DNA from: an uncultured Rikenellaceae bacterium
Lineage (GTDB): Bacteria; Bacteroidota; Bacteroidia; Bacteroidales; VadinHA17
Assembly: GCA_964446825.1 (NCBI GenBank)
Contig: CAYUQR010000004.1
Span: 22,828-86,827 of the forward strand
Length of the DNA: 64,000 nt
Direction of reading: 5' to 3'
In this document: positions 38,845 through 48,299 of the stretch, one piece after another
How positions within the stretch are numbered: the first letter of the stretch is position 1
Layout of the letters: the number at the start of each line of letters is the position of its first letter
Translations under genes and position numbers: made by a program
Notes under the pieces: generated by a model
Seen by the model: only the letters and a program-made list of their open reading frames with translations
Databases searched by the model: none
What the model was told of the DNA's origin: nothing

Positions 38845-39330
38845 TTATGCAATAGATTTGTGCTGCAGGCTGATCTTTGAATTGAAAAGCATATTAGCAA
38901 AAAGAGATTTTTCTTTCTTCGTTTTTTTCAGCATATAATAAAATGTATTGGCTTCTGTATGGGTCAATTCATTTTCTGATGACAATATGTTGTAGATTTT
39001 TATAAGACAATCGTCAAAATGCAGTTCAATTTCAATTAAATCTCCCATAGTCACTTCGACTCGAGGCAAAATATTGTTTCTTAAACATTCAGTTATCTGG
39101 TTAGATAGCTTCTCACACGGGAAATCCAACCAGCAATTCATTGCCTTGGCGATTTTTTCATGGTGTGCCAGGTATTTTTCCCGTTCTCTTTCACGTTCAC
39201 AAAGATCAGATATTAATGACTTTATTTCACGATCTTCTGCATTTTTATAAAGTTCCTGATATAATTCTGCCACCTGCCGGTGATAATTTTGAATCTGACT
39301 GATAATATCGCTTTTTTGCCTGTACATCAC
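38845..39330 (-). CDS. Hypothetical helical protein (ferritin-like?)
   Basis: YHRQVAELY..EREREKYL..LHFDDCL; all-helical, Glu-rich. Confidence 0.55.
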   Translation of the reverse strand: MMYRQKSDIISQIQNYHRQVAELYQELYKNAEDREIKSLISDLCEREREREKYLAHHEKIAKAMNCWLDFPCEKLSNQITECLRNNILPRVEVTMGDLIEIELHFDDCLIKIYNILSSENELTHTEANTFYYMLKKTKKEKSLFANMLFNSKISLQHKSIA

Positions 39331-39634
39331 TTTGCCCTTTCTTTACTTTATTCAGATCTGCATTAACAGACCCAATGATTTGCTTTAACTGCCTTTATAC
39401 AAAGGTAAGCATCTATATCGCTAATTACAAGTACGTTAATGATTGTTGCAACAAAGATAACCTTGAGATTTATCAAGTTTTTTTTTGTGCAGAAAGCAGA
39501 AAATTTAAGTGCTTATATTGATTGAAATTACGACAACCCTGAAAAAGAATGGCAGCAGGGTCTCAGGCCTGACCTTTATTTTTTGTATATCTCAGATATT
39601 AAATATATTACGGACTAGATTGTTTAATATGGCT

Positions 39635-40327
39635 TTATCCCTTCTGATTAAGAATTATTAACCGTTCCATATCCCTGATCTCAATTTTTTTCCCTTTTAA
39701 TTCAATTATTTTTTCGTCGTTAAACTCCGATAAAATTCTTACAACACTTTCCATGGACATTCCTGATAATTCGGCCAAATCTTTCCTGCTTATATAAGAA
39801 AAAATATCAATCGATTTAAATTCTTCCCTGTTTAAATACAACAATGTATTTGCGAGCTTCCCATTTAATTGTCTGAGACCTAAATTTAAACATTTGGTAA
39901 GCATAATGTTGTAATTTTTACAATACCAGTCGGACAGTTTTTGGGAAAAATCACAACAATTTGTTACAAGGTCTTTAATAGCTTCACGGTCCATTGAACA
40001 AATTTTCGTTTCTTTTAATGCCGATGCAGAGAAATAATATGTATCATCGCCAAACAATGATGTTAAGCCAATAAAATCATCAGATTTTAACAGTTTAATA
40101 ATAATGTTTTTTTCAGGGCTTTCAATATAGACCTTAGCTAAACCATCCAGAATATAGATAATATTTGTTACCTTAATTCCTTCTTTTACTATTGTTTCAC
40201 CTTTTTTATACCTGATTTGGGTCTTTTGTAAATTATAAAACTTTTCAGTATTTTTTGTCAGATGAACAAAACATTCCGATCGCTCTGAACAATCATTGCA
40301 ATTCGTTTTTGTCAAATACCTGTCCAT
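39635..40327 (-). CDS. Crp/Fnr-family regulator with N-terminal Cys cluster
   Basis: CNDCSERSEC, HTH ISRKDLAELSGMSMESVVR. Confidence 0.9.
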   Translation of the reverse strand: MDRYLTKTNCNDCSERSECFVHLTKNTEKFYNLQKTQIRYKKGETIVKEGIKVTNIIYILDGLAKVYIESPEKNIIIKLLKSDDFIGLTSLFGDDTYYFSASALKETKICSMDREAIKDLVTNCCDFSQKLSDWYCKNYNIMLTKCLNLGLRQLNGKLANTLLYLNREEFKSIDIFSYISRKDLAELSGMSMESVVRILSEFNDEKIIELKGKKIEIRDMERLIILNQKG

Positions 40328-40489
40328 TATAGAAATTTGTTGTGAAGAATTGATAAGCTATCTCCATTTTTAAATTAAAAATAAAAAACAAGCTCATATA
40401 CAAAGATATAAATAAGATAGCAGAATTTACAAAGCTTATAACATAGTTTGTAAATTCAGCCATTCTGATTACAACCGGCTTCCCGGAAG

Positions 40490-41167
40490 TCAACCGTTTG
40501 CACTGACAAGCTGCAGGGATTTTTTGTTTAATATTTCAACTTTTTTCTTCGCAATCCTTATTAAGCCGTCCTTTTCAAATTCAGTAATGACCCTGCTGAC
40601 GCTTTCGCGTGAGGAATCTACAAGGCCTCCGATTTCTTCCTGGTTAACCGGCATTGTAAATATGCTTGAGTTATATATCTGGTCCGACATTTCCAGTAAT
40701 ACATCTGCAATTTTACCTCTTACCTGCTTCTGTGTACGATTGGCACACCTGAAAAAGATTTCAAGTTCTTTCCTGCATAATTCAATCATTATTTCATATG
40801 AGAAATCCGGGTTTATGCTGAGCAAAAAACGGAAAATAGCCATATCAATAAAACATACCTCTGCTTTCTCAACAACAGTAACCGAATACTGGTTTATCTT
40901 GTCACCGAATGTGGTTGGCAGTCCCAGGTAACTGGGCGCTTTTATCAGACGGATAATTTGTTCATGGTGTGGCCCTGCTATGTGAACCTTTGCCAGGCCG
41001 TTGCGCAGGTAGGCAACATTTGTTGAAAAAGTACCCTGTTTAATTATCGGATCACCCTTACGGAAGATTACGAGCGCGCAATTGCACGAAAGTTTTTCAA
41101 TCTCCTCTTCACTCAATGTAGATGCTGCTTTTGACTTTATGCTACAAAATTTGCATTCGCTTTTCAT
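40490..41167 (-). CDS. Crp/Fnr-family regulator
   Basis: CKFC..CNC, HTH NQEEIGGLVDSSRESVSR. Confidence 0.9.
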   Translation of the reverse strand: MKSECKFCSIKSKAASTLSEEEIEKLSCNCALVIFRKGDPIIKQGTFSTNVAYLRNGLAKVHIAGPHHEQIIRLIKAPSYLGLPTTFGDKINQYSVTVVEKAEVCFIDMAIFRFLLSINPDFSYEIMIELCRKELEIFFRCANRTQKQVRGKIADVLLEMSDQIYNSSIFTMPVNQEEIGGLVDSSRESVSRVITEFEKDGLIRIAKKKVEILNKKSLQLVSANG

Positions 41168-41187
41168 TTTTCAAAAATACTAATTTT

Positions 41188-41203
41188 TGTGATACAGATC
41201 ACA
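41188..41203. promoter_or_regulatory. Perfect CRP-type box TGTGA-TACAGA-TCACA
   Basis: In the divergent region between crp and dsrE; overlaps the crp -7 element TAAATTTG. Confidence 0.75.
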
Positions 41204-41293
41204 AATTTACATAATCAACCTCACAGCCAAAATTAAGCATCAAAGCTAATAATTTAGTTCTTTTGTGAATTAATTAACAATAAAATATTTATT

Positions 41294-41713
41294 ATGGAAA
41301 CGAAAAAATTATGTCTGGCTCTATATACAGGAAGCGTAGACAAACTGACGGCTGCAGGAGTAATCCTGGGCGGTGCAGCAGCTGAAGACATGGATGTTGA
41401 AATCTTTGTTCTTTTACAGGCTGCTTTTGCATTTAAAAAGGAAAATGCCATGGTTAATGACAGGGTTGCAGAAATAACTGATAAGAAAGACGACTTTCTT
41501 GCATCACTGAAACGTCTTGGTACCCCTCATTGGACTGAGGCTTTCAAAAAAGCGAAGGATCTGACCAGCATAAAAATACATATTTGCGGTTTTGCAGGAA
41601 AAGTATGGCATGGTGAAAAACTCGATGACTTTATTGATCTGGCTGATGACATTTGTGGCATTGCTCAATATATACAGGCAGCAGAAGAAGCTGATCTGAA
41701 TCTTTTTATCTGA
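41294..41713 (+). CDS. DsrE/DrsE-family sulfur relay protein
   Basis: DKLTAAGVILGGAAA, KIHICG, DDICGIAQY. Confidence 0.7.
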   Translation: METKKLCLALYTGSVDKLTAAGVILGGAAAEDMDVEIFVLLQAAFAFKKENAMVNDRVAEITDKKDDFLASLKRLGTPHWTEAFKKAKDLTSIKIHICGFAGKVWHGEKLDDFIDLADDICGIAQYIQAAEEADLNLFI

Positions 41714-41758
41714 TGCTTCTTAGCTTCAGGTTCATAAATAATTTTAAAAATAAAAGAA

Positions 41759-42013
41759 ATGATAGCAATTGAAGAACTTAAAAAACTTAAAGCAGACAAG
41801 GTAGTTGATGCCCGTGGAACTGCATGCCCGGGACCACTGCTGGAAGCAAAGAAGGCTATTGGCACGATAAAGCCTGGAGATACAATGGAAGTTTTATCTG
41901 CTGATGAAGGGACAAAATCAGATCTTCCTAAATGGTGCACCAAACAGGGTCATGAGTACCTTGGCACTATTGAGGAGAGCGGGTACTTCAGGGTATTCCT
42001 GAAGAAGAAATAG
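41759..42013 (+). CDS. tusA: TusA-family sulfurtransferase
   Basis: DARGTACPGPLL, VLSADEG..DLPKWC. Confidence 0.9.
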   Translation: MIAIEELKKLKADKVVDARGTACPGPLLEAKKAIGTIKPGDTMEVLSADEGTKSDLPKWCTKQGHEYLGTIEESGYFRVFLKKK

Positions 42014-42022
42014 GGAAACAGT

Positions 42023-42430
42023 ATGGCAGGTATAAATAACAAGAGTGCCAGAATCCTGGTGTTTTCTACTGAAAAAATTTCTGATCCCGCCATCGATATG
42101 GCGGGATTATTAAAATTGCATTACCCACCTACTGTCTATACGATATCCGTTCCATGTTCCAGCGGAATAAAATCAAGATGGATTATGCATGCTTTCGAAC
42201 AAGGATTTGACGGGGTATTTATTGCTGCTGACGGCAGTGATTGCCCTTATGGCGAATCATGCACTGAAAAAACAGGTAAGATAGTCGGTCAAACTCATGA
42301 ATTGATGACAGCAAAGAACATCGAACGGGCCCGGCTGAGAATGGCCGCTATATGTTCAGTTTGCAGTGAAGCTTTTGTAAAACAGATGAAAAGCTTTAAT
42401 GAGTATTTAATAAATAATTCAAATAATTGA
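42023..42430 (+). CDS. MvhD-like (hydrogenase Fe-S delta subunit) protein, variant ligand set
   Basis: SDPAIDMAG..HYPP, VPCSSG, FDGVFIA..DC, RLRMAAICSVC. Confidence 0.8.
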   Translation: MAGINNKSARILVFSTEKISDPAIDMAGLLKLHYPPTVYTISVPCSSGIKSRWIMHAFEQGFDGVFIAADGSDCPYGESCTEKTGKIVGQTHELMTAKNIERARLRMAAICSVCSEAFVKQMKSFNEYLINNSNN

Positions 42431-42432
42431 TT

Positions 42433-43734
42433 ATGAGCGGGGAAATAGTTAATGCCTCTTATGATGCGCTAGTTATTGGTGGTGGTATTGCCGGTGGTGA
42501 GGCTGCTATAAACCTGGCCAACAATGGATTCAGGGTACTGATTGCTGAAAAAGATCTTTCCATTGGCGGGAAAATGATTCTTTTGAGCAAGGTATTCCCG
42601 ACTTTAGATTGCTCTGCCTGTATTACCACACCAAAGGTATCTGAAATATCGAGGCACCCGGGTATTACAATATTCACAGAAACCGAAGTAAAAAGAATTG
42701 TTAAAACCTCTGAAAGCAGTTTCGAAGCGAAAGTGATCAGAAATCCGCGTTATATCATCGCAGACGACTGTACCGGCTGCCAGCTTTGCGAACAGGCCTG
42801 TCCCGTAGTCGTTAACGACCAGTTCCAGTACAACATGGTTGGACGAAAAGCAGCTTATATCCCTTTTAGTATTGCCAGTCCCAGGATAGCTGCAATAGAT
42901 ATTGAAAACTGTACTCTATGTGGTGCCTGCGAAAAGGTATGTCCGACAAAATGTATTGACTTCACGCAGGAGGCTATAGAATACCATATAGACATAAAAA
43001 CAGTTGTTATTGCCACCGGCTTCAACCTGTTCGATCCTCTCAGGATACCACGCTATGGATTCGGAAATTATAAAAATATAATTACCTCGATGCAAATGGA
43101 AAGACAGCTGGCTCCTACCCGGCCTTTTCATACTATTCTCAGACCGGGCGACGGCAAGATGCCTGATAAAATCGCTTATGTCCTTTGCACAGGTTCGCGC
43201 GATGTTACTGTGGGAAACCCGATCTGTTCACAGATATGCTGCATGTATTCCATCAAGCAGGCACAACTGCTCATGGGTGCACTACCTATGGCGGATGTGA
43301 CAATATATTATATTAACATAAGGTCATTTGGCAAAGGGTTTGAAGAGTTTTACGAACAGGCCAAAGGAATGGGAGTCAATTTTGTTAAAGGCAAAATAGG
43401 GAAGATAGCTGAAAAAGAGAACGGGAACCTTCTGCTGCGGTATGAAGACATAAATGAAAGTACCGTGAAAGAGGCTGAGCATGATCTTGTGGTGCTCTCA
43501 GTTGGTATTCTTCCTAATCCTGACACTGCAATGTTTTTTCCTGAAAAAGAACTTGAACTTGATCCATTCAGCTTTATAAATCAGACTGACCCACTTGCAA
43601 GACCAGCCAAAACAAGTATTGAAGGCGTCTTTGTTGCCGGCACAGCCTCGGGGCCTATGGATATACCCGACTCAATACTTTCAGCAGGTTCAGCCTCTGC
43701 TGAAGCGATCAGTTACTTAACTCAGAAACCATGA
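42433..43734 (+). CDS. HdrA/QmoA-like flavoprotein
   Basis: GGGIAG, SKVFPTLDCSAC, ferredoxin insert, LCTGSRD..CSQICC. Confidence 0.9.
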   Translation: MSGEIVNASYDALVIGGGIAGGEAAINLANNGFRVLIAEKDLSIGGKMILLSKVFPTLDCSACITTPKVSEISRHPGITIFTETEVKRIVKTSESSFEAKVIRNPRYIIADDCTGCQLCEQACPVVVNDQFQYNMVGRKAAYIPFSIASPRIAAIDIENCTLCGACEKVCPTKCIDFTQEAIEYHIDIKTVVIATGFNLFDPLRIPRYGFGNYKNIITSMQMERQLAPTRPFHTILRPGDGKMPDKIAYVLCTGSRDVTVGNPICSQICCMYSIKQAQLLMGALPMADVTIYYINIRSFGKGFEEFYEQAKGMGVNFVKGKIGKIAEKENGNLLLRYEDINESTVKEAEHDLVVLSVGILPNPDTAMFFPEKELELDPFSFINQTDPLARPAKTSIEGVFVAGTASGPMDIPDSILSAGSASAEAISYLTQKP

Positions 43735-45668
43735 ACAATAAGTTAGGCGTTTATATTTGTCATTGCGGCGGGAATATCTCCGATTATGTTGACGTAGAAA
43801 AAGTAAGGCAGTCAATTGAAAATGAGGAGGGTGTTATCGTTGCCAAAACCACAATGTTTGCCTGCAGCGATTCAAGCCAGAAAGAAATTGTGGATGATAT
43901 CACAAAAAATGTGCTGGATGGTATAGTAGTTGCCTCATGTTCTCCGAAACTGCATCTGATAACCTTCAGGGCTGTAGTGGAAAGAGCAGGTCTGAATAAA
44001 TATAACTATGTTCAGGCAAATATTCGCGAACAGGCCTCATGGGCTCACTCCGACAATAAAAGCGGGGCCACGGAAAAGGCTATTCAGCTGGTAAAATCGG
44101 CCATTGCCAGGGTGCGTCTTGCTGAACCCCTATATCCTATTATAATCCCTTCCAAAAAAGCCGTTGCAGTTATTGGCGGAGGTATTGCCGGATTAAGAGC
44201 AGCCATTGAACTGTCAGATATGGACTGCCCGGTAACAGTAATAGAAAGAGAACATTTTATCGGGGGCAGGGTGGCTCAGTGGGACATCCTGTTTACTACC
44301 AACCAGACTGGCAAAGAACTGGTAACCAAATTGTATGATGATGTTATAAAACGCGATAACATTACATTACTGACAGGTGCCGAGGTAATATCGAATAAAG
44401 GGAATATTGGCGATTTCAAACTTAAAATTAAAATAACGCCACGATATATTACCGAACATTGTAATACAGGCCACCTGCAAAAAGCTATTGATGCCTGTCC
44501 TGTTGAAGTACCTGATGAATTCAATTTTAATATAACAAACAGGAAAGCAATATATCATAATTTCCCGAGCGAATACCCACAATACCCTGTTATTGATATT
44601 AAAAACTGCACCAGGTGCGGCGAATGCGAAAAGATTTGCGATAGCGTTGATTTTTCCCAGGAGGAAGGAATAATTGAGATCAATGTAGGCTCCGTTCTGA
44701 TGGCTACAGGGTTCGATTCCTACACACCTGTTGAAGGAGAATTCGGATATCAAAAATTTGATAATGTCATAACACTCCCGCAGTTTAAAAGGCTGATTGA
44801 CCTCAATGATAAAAAACTTATATTCAAAGGAAAAGAAATAAAGAATATAGCATATATATATTGTGTCGGGAGTCGTCAGATAGAGGGAGAGAATAAATTT
44901 TGCTCAAGGTATTGTTGTACTTCTGTAATTCATGCCTCAATCCAGACAAAGAAGAAATTTAGAAACATCAATAATTTCCATTTTACAAGGGGAATAAGAA
45001 CATATGGGAAACAGGAGGTTCTGTATAACGAATCTCTTAAAACCGGTGATATTTACATGCAGTCGTATGAAGATGACCCGACTGTTGTTACCATGGAGAA
45101 TGAAAAGACCATAGTTAAAATTAACGACATTTTAACAGGGAAGAAAGAGATAACGGTTGAAGCTGATCTTGTTGTGCTGGTAACGGGCATGGTACCAAGA
45201 GCAGATAACACGGTTGCATCGATCTTTAAACTGCCAAAAGGCCGTGACAGATTCTTCAATGAGATCCACATGAAACTTCGTCCGGTTGAAACTGTTATCG
45301 ACGGAATAACAATAAGCGGAGCCTGCCAGGGGCCAAAAAATATTATGGAATCTGTCAATTCTGCCCTTTCAGCCGCTACCAAATCATTCTCTTATGTAAG
45401 TAAAGGAGAACTTGCACTCGAGCCAATAATAGCAAAAATTGACAAGAATGTTTGCACCTGGTGCGGAGCCTGTGCTGAAGCCTGTCCGTTCGATGCAGTC
45501 ATTATGGTGAAGGATGAGAAAAAAGATACAGCAACAATAAATAATTCCGTGTGCAAAGGATGTGGAATGTGTCTGCCAGTTTGCCCTGTGAATGCCATAG
45601 ATTTAATTGCCTACTCTGACAATGAAATTGAAAGTATGATAGATGCACTTGCAGATGTTAAGAATTGA
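43731..45668 (+). CDS. HdrA/QmoB-like flavoprotein with C-terminal ferredoxin
   Basis: VYICHCGGNI, VASCSP, NIREQ, YCVGSR..CSRYCC, CTWCGACAEACP, CKGCGMCLPVCP. Confidence 0.9.
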   Translation: MNNKLGVYICHCGGNISDYVDVEKVRQSIENEEGVIVAKTTMFACSDSSQKEIVDDITKNVLDGIVVASCSPKLHLITFRAVVERAGLNKYNYVQANIREQASWAHSDNKSGATEKAIQLVKSAIARVRLAEPLYPIIIPSKKAVAVIGGGIAGLRAAIELSDMDCPVTVIEREHFIGGRVAQWDILFTTNQTGKELVTKLYDDVIKRDNITLLTGAEVISNKGNIGDFKLKIKITPRYITEHCNTGHLQKAIDACPVEVPDEFNFNITNRKAIYHNFPSEYPQYPVIDIKNCTRCGECEKICDSVDFSQEEGIIEINVGSVLMATGFDSYTPVEGEFGYQKFDNVITLPQFKRLIDLNDKKLIFKGKEIKNIAYIYCVGSRQIEGENKFCSRYCCTSVIHASIQTKKKFRNINNFHFTRGIRTYGKQEVLYNESLKTGDIYMQSYEDDPTVVTMENEKTIVKINDILTGKKEITVEADLVVLVTGMVPRADNTVASIFKLPKGRDRFFNEIHMKLRPVETVIDGITISGACQGPKNIMESVNSALSAATKSFSYVSKGELALEPIIAKIDKNVCTWCGACAEACPFDAVIMVKDEKKDTATINNSVCKGCGMCLPVCPVNAIDLIAYSDNEIESMIDALADVKN

Positions 45669-45703
45669 TTATTTGCTTTTTACTTATTCAAAAATATTTC
45701 ACC

Positions 45704-45982
45704 ATGGAGATTGAGAAAGGGAAAACATATAAATACCTGAGAGAGAAAAGAGAGGTATCCCAGATTGCAAAAGATAAAATGAAACAATTCAGTAAAATGA
45801 AGAAAATAATACTGGATTCGCTTAAGGAGGGAGAGCTTACCGTTGATCAGCTTACGCAAAAAATCAACCTTCCAAAAGATGAAGTTCTATTTTACCTGAT
45901 GTCTTTGATAAAGTATGGTTTTGTGCAGACCGGTTCGATTGATGATATGGATGAATATTTCACTTATAAACTTAAACAATAA
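45704..45982 (+). CDS. Small winged-helix protein
   Basis: IILDSLKEGELTVDQL..EVLFYLMSLIKYGFV; likely start 45704. Confidence 0.65.
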   Translation: MEIEKGKTYKYLREKREVSQIAKDKMKQFSKMKKIILDSLKEGELTVDQLTQKINLPKDEVLFYLMSLIKYGFVQTGSIDDMDEYFTYKLKQ

Positions 45983-47025
45983 TGGCCTCTATAAATCCTG
46001 AATTCGGTAAAGAGTTAACTAAGTATGGGGCATTTGATTTCAACGCATGCTATAACTGTGGTAATTGTACGGCTGTTTGTTCTTTATCAACTGAAGAAGA
46101 TTCATTTCCCAGGGAGATGCTGCGATTAAGTGTACTTGGACTGGAAGATGACATAAAATCATCGCTTAAGCCCTGGCTTTGCTATTATTGCGGCGAGTGT
46201 ACAACTCATTGTCCGCAAAATGCCAATCCCGGCGAATTAATGATGTCACTCAGAAGATGGCTCACATCAGAATATGACTGGACAAAACTATCAGGTTTAT
46301 TATACCGTTCATTCCCTCTTACCCTGATTGCATTTTTAGTTTCAGCTATTGGGATTTTGGCATATAGTATATTAAAGAATTTTAATATGCCGGAAATAAT
46401 GTCATCAGGGCATACTTTTGAAGTTGCTGCCATTGCAGCGGTTTTCGCAATAATCCTAATACCAAACATTGTAAGGATGTGGTGGTTCATTATTTTAAAA
46501 CCAAAGGTTAAGGTTCCTTTATTAAAATATTTTAAAAGTCTGGGGGAATTGATTATCCATATGTTCACACAAAAAAGGACCCTTGGATGCGATGAGAATA
46601 AGCTCAGATGGTTTGAACATTTTATTCTTGTAATAGGCTATTTAGGGTTGCTTTTTACCACAGTCTTTCTCGACTGGTTTTCAAGTACCAATATTTTTGT
46701 AATTGTTCTTGGATATGTGATGAGTATAATAATATTTCTGGTCACTATTGATTTCATGTGGGATCGTCTTAAGAAGAATAAAGAGATAAGCAAGAATTCA
46801 CAACCCTCCGACTGGATGTTCGTTGGATGGTTGTTTTTAATGGGGCTCACAGCATTTTTCGTCAGGTTGTTTATCGATAGCGGATTGCTCGATAATAACA
46901 AATGGCTCTATATCTTTCATATGATAATCCTTGTTCAGTGGGCATTGATAATTGTCCCGTTCGGGAAGTGGACTCATTTTCTGTATCGGTCATTTGCCAT
47001 GTATTTTTCTAAGCTAAAAAGTTAA
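45982..47025 (+). CDS. QmoC-like protein: HdrC-type 2x[4Fe-4S] domain plus membrane heme b domain
   Basis: CYNCGNCTAVC, CYYCGECTTHCP; transmembrane His in RWFEHF, IFHM and PFGKWTH. Confidence 0.85.
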   Translation: MASINPEFGKELTKYGAFDFNACYNCGNCTAVCSLSTEEDSFPREMLRLSVLGLEDDIKSSLKPWLCYYCGECTTHCPQNANPGELMMSLRRWLTSEYDWTKLSGLLYRSFPLTLIAFLVSAIGILAYSILKNFNMPEIMSSGHTFEVAAIAAVFAIILIPNIVRMWWFIILKPKVKVPLLKYFKSLGELIIHMFTQKRTLGCDENKLRWFEHFILVIGYLGLLFTTVFLDWFSSTNIFVIVLGYVMSIIIFLVTIDFMWDRLKKNKEISKNSQPSDWMFVGWLFLMGLTAFFVRLFIDSGLLDNNKWLYIFHMIILVQWALIIVPFGKWTHFLYRSFAMYFSKLKS

Positions 47026-47073
47026 ACTTTTCTTAAATATTTGACTTAAACCAGTTTTTTTAGTACCTTTACT

Positions 47074-47091
47074 TATTCCTAAATAGGAATA
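47074..47091. promoter_or_regulatory. Palindrome TATTCCTA-AA-TAGGAATA
   Basis: Between the putative -7 element and the start of the Fur-family gene. Confidence 0.5.
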
Positions 47092-47116
47092 TTTATCATT
47101 TAATATTACTTCTTAA

Positions 47117-47548
47117 ATGGCCAATAAATCAATTATAAGAATTCTGGTTCAGAACGATTTAAAAGTAACTCCTCAAAGAGTTGCCATACTGGAAGTGATT
47201 CTTGCACTTGAAACACATCCTACTGCTGATAATATCACTGAAGTTCTGAGATTTGCTCATCCCAATATCTCTCTAGCCACCATATACAATACTCTTGAAA
47301 CTTTCTCAAAAAAGGGAATAGTACACAAGGTGAGCACTGATAACGATACTACAAGATATGATCCGATAAGTGAAAGGCATCATCATCTTTATTGCCCTGA
47401 ATCGGGTCGTATAGAAGATTTTTACGATGAAGAGCTCAATAAAATACTTGACGATTATCTGATGAAAAAAAATATTCCCAATTTCACTATTGATAATGTC
47501 AGGATACAGATCATGGGGAAATTCACTGACAGGAAAATAAATAAATAA
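47117..47548 (+). CDS. Fur-family regulator (PerR-like)
   Basis: VTPQRVAIL, HPTAD, SLATIYNTL, RYD..HHHLYC. Confidence 0.9.
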   Translation: MANKSIIRILVQNDLKVTPQRVAILEVILALETHPTADNITEVLRFAHPNISLATIYNTLETFSKKGIVHKVSTDNDTTRYDPISERHHHLYCPESGRIEDFYDEELNKILDDYLMKKNIPNFTIDNVRIQIMGKFTDRKINK

Positions 47549-47680
47549 CCATATTAAGTTTTACAATTTAGGATATTGATCATTGATTCAGGATAAAAAA
47601 TAAAAGCAAAGAACTACCCACTGTTGCAGGGGTGAGTTCATGATAATAAGATTTAAAGATAAACTAACATTTAAAGTATT

Positions 47681-48181
47681 ATGGGACAAAAAGGAAGATC
47701 AATTGTAAAAATGGATGTTGATAAGTTAATCAACCTGTTGAACAAAGCATTAGCAGACGAGTGGCTCGCTTATTACCAGTATTGGGTAGGAGCTAAAGTG
47801 GTTAAAGGGCCGATGAAGGATGCGGTCATTTCGGAGCTTACCATTCATGCTACTGAAGAACTTAGTCACGCTGAACTTTTAGTAACCAGAATCATCCAGC
47901 TGGGCGGAACACCAGTTCTGTCGCCTGAAGAGTGGCTCAAGATTACAGGTTGTGGGTATGACCCTCCCCTTGATCATTATGTAGAGAAAATTCTTGATCA
48001 AAACATACAAGGGGAACAGTGCGCTATAAGCTTTTATAGTGGATTGCTCGATATTACAAGAGAGGGTGATCCTGTTACATACAACATAATCCTTACGATT
48101 CTGTCGCAGGAGGTTGAACATGAAGAAGACCTGTCTTCACTGAAAGAGGACCTTGAATTAATGCTTGCAAGAGGGAAGTAA
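47681..48181 (+). CDS. DpsL/bacterioferritin-like protein
   Basis: KALADEWLAYYQYW, EELSHA, GEQCAI, EVEHEEDL. Confidence 0.85.
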   Translation: MGQKGRSIVKMDVDKLINLLNKALADEWLAYYQYWVGAKVVKGPMKDAVISELTIHATEELSHAELLVTRIIQLGGTPVLSPEEWLKITGCGYDPPLDHYVEKILDQNIQGEQCAISFYSGLLDITREGDPVTYNIILTILSQEVEHEEDLSSLKEDLELMLARGK

Positions 48182-48243
48182 TCAGTGATCAGTGATCAGG
48201 AATCAGGAATCAGTGATCAGTAATCAGTAATCGGTAATCTGTA
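48181..48243 (+). repeat. Heptamer tandem repeat (consensus ATCAGTR) x9
   Basis: atcagtg atcagtg atcagga atcagga atcagtg atcagta atcagta atcggta atctgta. Confidence 0.9.
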
Positions 48244-48299
48244 ATTAAGAATTACTGGTTTTTAAAAAAATTGACTATTATTAACTAAAAACAAATATA

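Noticed and set aside
41294-47025. Methanogen-type Hdr or sHdr sulfur oxidation
   Set aside because: No HdrB (CCG domain), LbpA or hydrogenase large subunit in the window
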